Shown: in pieces, positions 59,627-64,000 of the stretch
Layout: each line of letters starts with the position of its first letter
Numbering within the stretch: position 1 is the stretch's first letter
From: Eledone cirrhosa
Lineage: Eukaryota
DNA: 64,000 nucleotides
Assembly (NCBI GenBank): GCA_964016885.1
Contig: OZ024747.1
Location: 53,072,001 to 53,136,000, forward strand
Reading direction: 5' to 3'
Position numbers and translations under genes: made by a program
Notes under the pieces: generated by a model
Database searches by the model: none
Seen by the model: only the letters and a program-made list of their open reading frames with translations
Told to the model about the DNA's origin: nothing

Positions 59627-59763
59627 ATCCAGAAATAGTCGTCGAAACGGCTTGAGCTCTGCCGTCTGGGTCATATTTTTTCCTATTTCCCACTCTACTA
59701 CCCTAAGTATTGAGTACTCTGGTGCGTTATGTTCCATCTGGTTCCTTACCATATTTCCTTTGG
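59627..59763 (+). mobile_element. Family D fragment
   Basis: Matches 57229-57362. Confidence 0.8.
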
Positions 59764-60592
59764 TATATATATATATACATATATATACTACAAATTGATT
59801 ATGCAGTGAAAAGGCCTGTATTGATTTTCTAGGTGCTTATGTATGTTGCGAGGGTTGTGGGGGCTGTCCACATGCAAATCGGTAAAGATATTTCTCTAGT
59901 GGAGGGCTAGAGTAGATGTAGTCCCTTTAAAGCCGCTGTCGTAGAAAGTAGTTTGGTAGGTCCCTCTTTGGGGGTATATTTATATGGCTGAAGGGTTGCA
60001 TGTACGGCTCAGGTAGGTACAAGATGTACTGCTTAAGTATTTTTTTCATGTGCTAATAATTTTGTTTCAATGATGGTATGTGTGTTTTTGTATGTCACTT
60101 TGGGCACAAATACTTCCATAAGAGCTAACTCTGTGTGTATTTATGGGCATGTATACCTAGGGATAGGTCTACAGCTGTACTATGGTACCCTAGGGTGCCT
60201 ATTGCAGTGAGTGTAGTATGTATAATGAATGTTTGGAAATTTATCTTACCCTCCTGGATCGTGAGAAAGTCTGAAATTGAGGTAAGTTTTGTAAGAGGTA
60301 ATGAGTTCATTCCTTTTAATTAATAATTGTACCTCATCGCAGCATAAATTGTACGGGTGGCGTCCTCCTGTATAAGGTTGCGCTTTGGAGAAGGGGCTCC
60401 AATTTAGTTCATAGGTAATATTATTCTCATATATATATTGTTATACTTTGGGAGGGTCATGTTGCCAATAAGAAACACATGCACCAGTTGCTTTCACTTC
60501 AATTTATTATATATTTATAAATTTACAAATTTATAAATTTATAAATTTCTGGTTGGTTGGTTGGTTCCACAACCAGATAGTTGTTTATGTAT

Positions 60593-60637
60593 AGTCATAG
60601 TTCTTTCGTCACACACTCTGTGACCTCTTCAGTGACT
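60593..60637 (-). ncRNA. Type I hammerhead ribozyme (family C)
   Basis: AGTCA-CTGAAGA-G-GTCACA/GAGTG/TGTGAC-GAAA-GAACT-A-TGACT. Confidence 0.85.
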
Positions 60638-60837
60638 GGGGATTCCTTTCTTTGTTTCTGTGCCTCTCCTTTGTTCTGTCCTACGCCATTTTGTTTCTGT
60701 GCGTGTGTTGTGTGCTCAGTCTGCGCATGCGCCACATCCGGGTGTCTGTGTGTGTTTATGTTCATTTATCTATTTGTTTATTTACATGTTACTGGTTGGT
60801 TGTTTGTTCTATGTGTGTGTGTGTTTTCATTTTGTCC

Positions 60838-61463
60838 TTAATTGTAAGTTGTGATGTTGCTGTTCCACTCATATTTTCTATTTAATTTTGGTTGTAATTC
60901 TTTTATGTTTATTGCCTCTGTAATTTGTCTAAACATTGCGTCTTTTCTGTGTGTAGATTCTATTTTTATTTCTATGTTCTCTAATTTACCCTTGTGTTCT
61001 ATCTTAGCATGTTGGTAGAGTACAGATGATTCTTTATTATCTTGAAGGTCTCGCCAGTGTTCATTTATCCGTTCCCCTACACTACGAGCTGTCTCACCTA
61101 TGTACACTATATTTTTGTCTCTACATTGTCCTTCAGTACATCTTATGCTATACACTACATTTCTAGTTTTACAGTTAATATAGGGGCTTATTTTACAGGT
61201 TATACATTTCTTATCTATACATGAGGGTCTTTGAAAAGGGTATGTCTTGTTAATAAGTGTTTTTACGGAGGTACCTGGTCTTTCTACTATCTTAATATTG
61301 AGTTCATGTTTATTTAGGGCCCTTCTAAATTTGTAAGCTAATTCACCTCTAGGGGTTGTATCGATGAACATTACACTCTGGTATTTATTGCTATCATACC
61401 ATGAGTTTATTCTATTAGCCTTGTTCCTAGTTCTTTCTATTCTATTCCAAAATTTGCTCCTAT
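60838..61463 (-). pseudogene. PLE linker plus GIY-YIG endonuclease (C-terminal part of the PLE ORF)
   Basis: C..KKCITC..CKTRNVVYSIRC...YIGETARSVGERINEH...ITEAINIKELQPKLNRK; uninterrupted but 5'-truncated. Confidence 0.88.
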
Positions 61464-61476
61464 ATATATGCATATG

Positions 61477-61556
61477 CAGGGTGTCCCCCAAAAATGTATG
61501 CAATTATTTATTAGAATGCTGTTGAAGTAGTGTGTATACATTTTTGGGACACCCTG
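61477..61556. mobile_element. 80-bp Tc1/mariner-type MITE
   Basis: TIRs CAGGGTGTCCC..AAAAATGTAT and ATACATTTTTGGGACACCCTG, followed by TA. Confidence 0.8.
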
Positions 61557-61606
61557 TATATATAGATACATGCACACGCATATATAAATATATATATATA
61601 TATGTG

Positions 61607-61651
<45 letters not shown>

Positions 61652-61679
61652 TATATATATATGTGTGTGTGTGATTGTG

Positions 61680-61903
61680 TAAAAGATAAACAGAAATAAC
61701 AACACAATCGTTCCAGTATATGGAAGGTATATATTAAGTTACCATTTGATATAGCAGGAAGAGGGTCTTAACGTTTCGGACGCTAGTCCTTTATCAGACG
61801 AAAGAATGAGAAATAAAATAGATTGATGGGACGGGCGCGATGGAATTGGAAAAAAATGTCTTTAGATAAAAATAACAGGTTCATTCATGTTGACATCGCT
61901 TGC
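61680..61903 (-). mobile_element. Family B PLE end with HHR variant at 61766-61800 (CTGATAA core)
   Basis: Reverse complement of 7775-7995; CTGATAA-A-GGAC/TAGC/GTCC-GAAACGTT. Confidence 0.8.
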
Positions 61904-61922
61904 TATATATATATATATTCAA

Positions 61923-61977
61923 ACTGCCTGAAGATGTCACAGCCAAAGATGGCTGTCACTGAAATATATATAGCAGT
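61923..61977 (+). ncRNA. Type I hammerhead ribozyme
   Basis: ACTGC-CTGAAGA-..ACAGCCA/AAGA/TGGCTGT..-GAAA-TATATAT-A-GCAGT. Confidence 0.85.
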
Positions 61978-62162
61978 AATAAACGAAGCTAAATTTTAAT
62001 CATTTGACTTTTATTTAACTTTATTTTACACTACTCCGGAGTAACCAAACCAACCTGCGCACTTCGACGAGTGCTCCAGCCTGCATACTGAGGTGTTGGT
62101 ATACAACCAACATAAACTCAAAATCTATCTATATCTATATATATATATATACCGTTTATATA

Positions 62163-62967
62163 CCGTGTATATTCGAGTAATAGTGTATCCTATGTAAAAG
62201 TCGACCCTGATATTTCACAGAGAACAGGTCAACATTTGTGGGTCAAGGTATCATGCTGTACGTACAAATAAGGTAAAGGGTAAAACTCCTTTCGGTCACG
62301 AATGGCCTAGAAACTTCCCCTCCAAGGCACAAGTCCGGGCAAGGTTGTTTGTGGAAGACAAGCAGTCACCCAAGCATACCAGTCTCCCCTCTCCACATCA
62401 CCGATATTGTCCAAGGGAAGGGCAAAGGCCGATACAGCTTGGCACCAGTGATATCGTAAACTCATTTCTACAGCTGAGTAAACTGGAGCAAAGTGAAATA
62501 AAAATGTCTTGCTCAAGGACACAACGCATCACCCGGTCTGAGAATCAAACTCACAACCTCACGATTGCAAGCCCAATGCTTTAACCTCAAAGCCCTGCGC
62601 CTTTACACCTAAAAATAACACTGTTATAACATCGTCAGTAATTATGAGATGTTAATTGATTGTACTAATCTAGTCTGTTAACATTGATGGATAGCAAGTG
62701 TAAATATTTATAAGAGCTACGCGGCCGTGTTTATTGATTTTGTTATTTACTAGGACGTGTGTTCTGATGCATAGAATCGGTAATATTACTGTAATTCATT
62801 GTGTTTTTGTATTTTCATTCGCTCAGGGATCAGTTGGGTTTCTGCTAATGATACGAGACTTTCGACTTTAGCTTGAATTTCAAGCCCCTCAACATTAGTT
62901 TCCATGTAATAGTTGACCCCATAGATTTAACCTTATAAAAATTCGACTTTTACACGAGTATATACGG
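62163..62967. mobile_element. Tc2/pogo-like non-autonomous DNA transposon with nested SINE
   Basis: Inverted ends CCGTGTATATTCGAGTAA and TTACACGAGTATATACGG; subterminal AAAAGTCGA/TCGACTTTT. Confidence 0.55.
62268..62602 (-). mobile_element. Full-length tRNA-SINE with S2-type head and (TTTACC)n tail
   Basis: GGCGCAGGGC...GAGTTTGATTC...GTCCTTGAGCAAGACA; tail seen on + strand as AAGGTAAAGGGTAAA. Confidence 0.8.
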
Positions 62968-63035
62968 TGTGTACATATAAATTGGCAGAGTCGTTAAGAC
63001 GTCGGATACAATGCTTTATGGTATTTTCCTTCCCT

Positions 63036-63746
63036 CCCTCCTCCGTTTTCCCAATAACTTACCCAGTTATGAACGCTCTGGGCGGTAGATATCTTGTCTT
63101 TAAAGCTTGGAAATATCCGAGACCCCCAGTAGACAACTGATGAGGACCCCCCCCGTTCTTGCTTTCTTCTTATTCTCACTCCATTTTAAGCTACCTTAAC
63201 TAGCAACTACACAGCCAATCCTATAATCCATATATTTTATCATATTTCGCTGTGACCAGTCTTCTCTCTCCTTCTACCTACCTATTTCGTTACTATCTAC
63301 TCTACCCCATTTTCTTCCTCTCCCTTTCTCCCTCTCATTGTCACTCACCCTCTCTCTTCCAGCCACCTCATTGTTTCCCTCGCCTGACACTCTAGCAGTC
63401 CTTTTCTCACTTACACTCGCTGGGGTCTGACGTGTCTTTTCGCTCGCCCACACGCTCTTGAACTTAAGTTCTGTTATCGCTGTGGTCTTGGATTTTCTTA
63501 CCTTAAGTTGCTCACACATTGCTCGGTTTGTTTGCTTTTTTTTTTGCTGTTTTCTCTTTTCTTCCCTTTTCCCTTCTATCCCCCCCCTCCTCTGTTTCCC
63601 CAATAACTTACCCAGGTATTGAACGCTCTGGGCGGTAGATATCTTGTCTTTAAGGCGTAGAATTATCTGAGACCCCCAGTAGACGACTGATGAGGAAAAC
63701 TACCCCCGCTCTTGCTTTCTTCTTATTCTCACTCAATTTTGAGCTA
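63036..63746 (+). mobile_element. Element bounded by two ~160-bp direct repeats
   Basis: 63036-63193 and 63585-63746 are diverged direct copies, each containing CTGATGA. Confidence 0.7.
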
Positions 63747-63761
63747 TATATATATATATAT

Positions 63762-63890
63762 TAGTTTTGCGAGGTTTTTGATATGAAATCGTGTGTCGAA
63801 ACAAATATTGTTATACGTGGGGAGGGTCATATTTGTGTAATATTGCCAGAATTAATAACAGAACACACTCACTGTTTGGTTGGTTTTCGC
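63762..63890 (-). mobile_element. Diverged relative of the family C PLE 3' end
   Basis: CGTGTGTCGAAACAAATATTGTTATACGTGGGGAGGGTCAT resembles 21027-21067. Confidence 0.65.
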
Positions 63891-64000
63891 TTTTCGCTTC
63901 TGTGTCTTTTATATCGATAATCTAATTTATTCGGTCCTCAATGTTGCCATTGACTGACCAACGGTCAAAAATAATACAGATATAATGCAACGGGAGGAAA

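Larger units (their letters stand above)
60437..61463 (-). mobile_element. 5'-truncated PLE (family C)
   Basis: Open GIY-YIG coding region plus HHR-bearing 3' end, bounded by (TA)n. Confidence 0.92.

Noticed and set aside
59790-60420. Higher-complexity stretch, possibly an old coding remnant
   Set aside because: No recognisable protein motif in the frames read

Overview
Eukaryotic, AT-rich, microsatellite-saturated DNA with no convincing intact host gene. The SINE families resemble those of octopus/coleoid cephalopods (recognised from memory, not searched). Nearly all long ORFs in the track are simple-repeat artefacts. The real content is mobile-element debris sitting in (TA)n/(TATG)n tracts: Penelope-like element (PLE) fragments (two GIY-YIG endonuclease lineages and an RT-thumb piece), an RTE-type LINE fragment, a restriction-like-endonuclease (R4/Dong-type) LINE end, four copies of a ~607-bp RTE-derived non-autonomous element, tRNA-SINEs, and hAT and Tc1/mariner MITEs. 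The main hidden signal is about 19 intact or near-intact type I hammerhead ribozyme (HHR) folds, plus several decayed ones, from many different PLE-end families on both strands. Many have palindromic stem III, sit in fold-back (inverted) insertions inside (TA)n tracts, and are followed by a shared ACTCYRG...GAGTGCT hairpin motif. All folds were assigned by eye and none is tested for activity.
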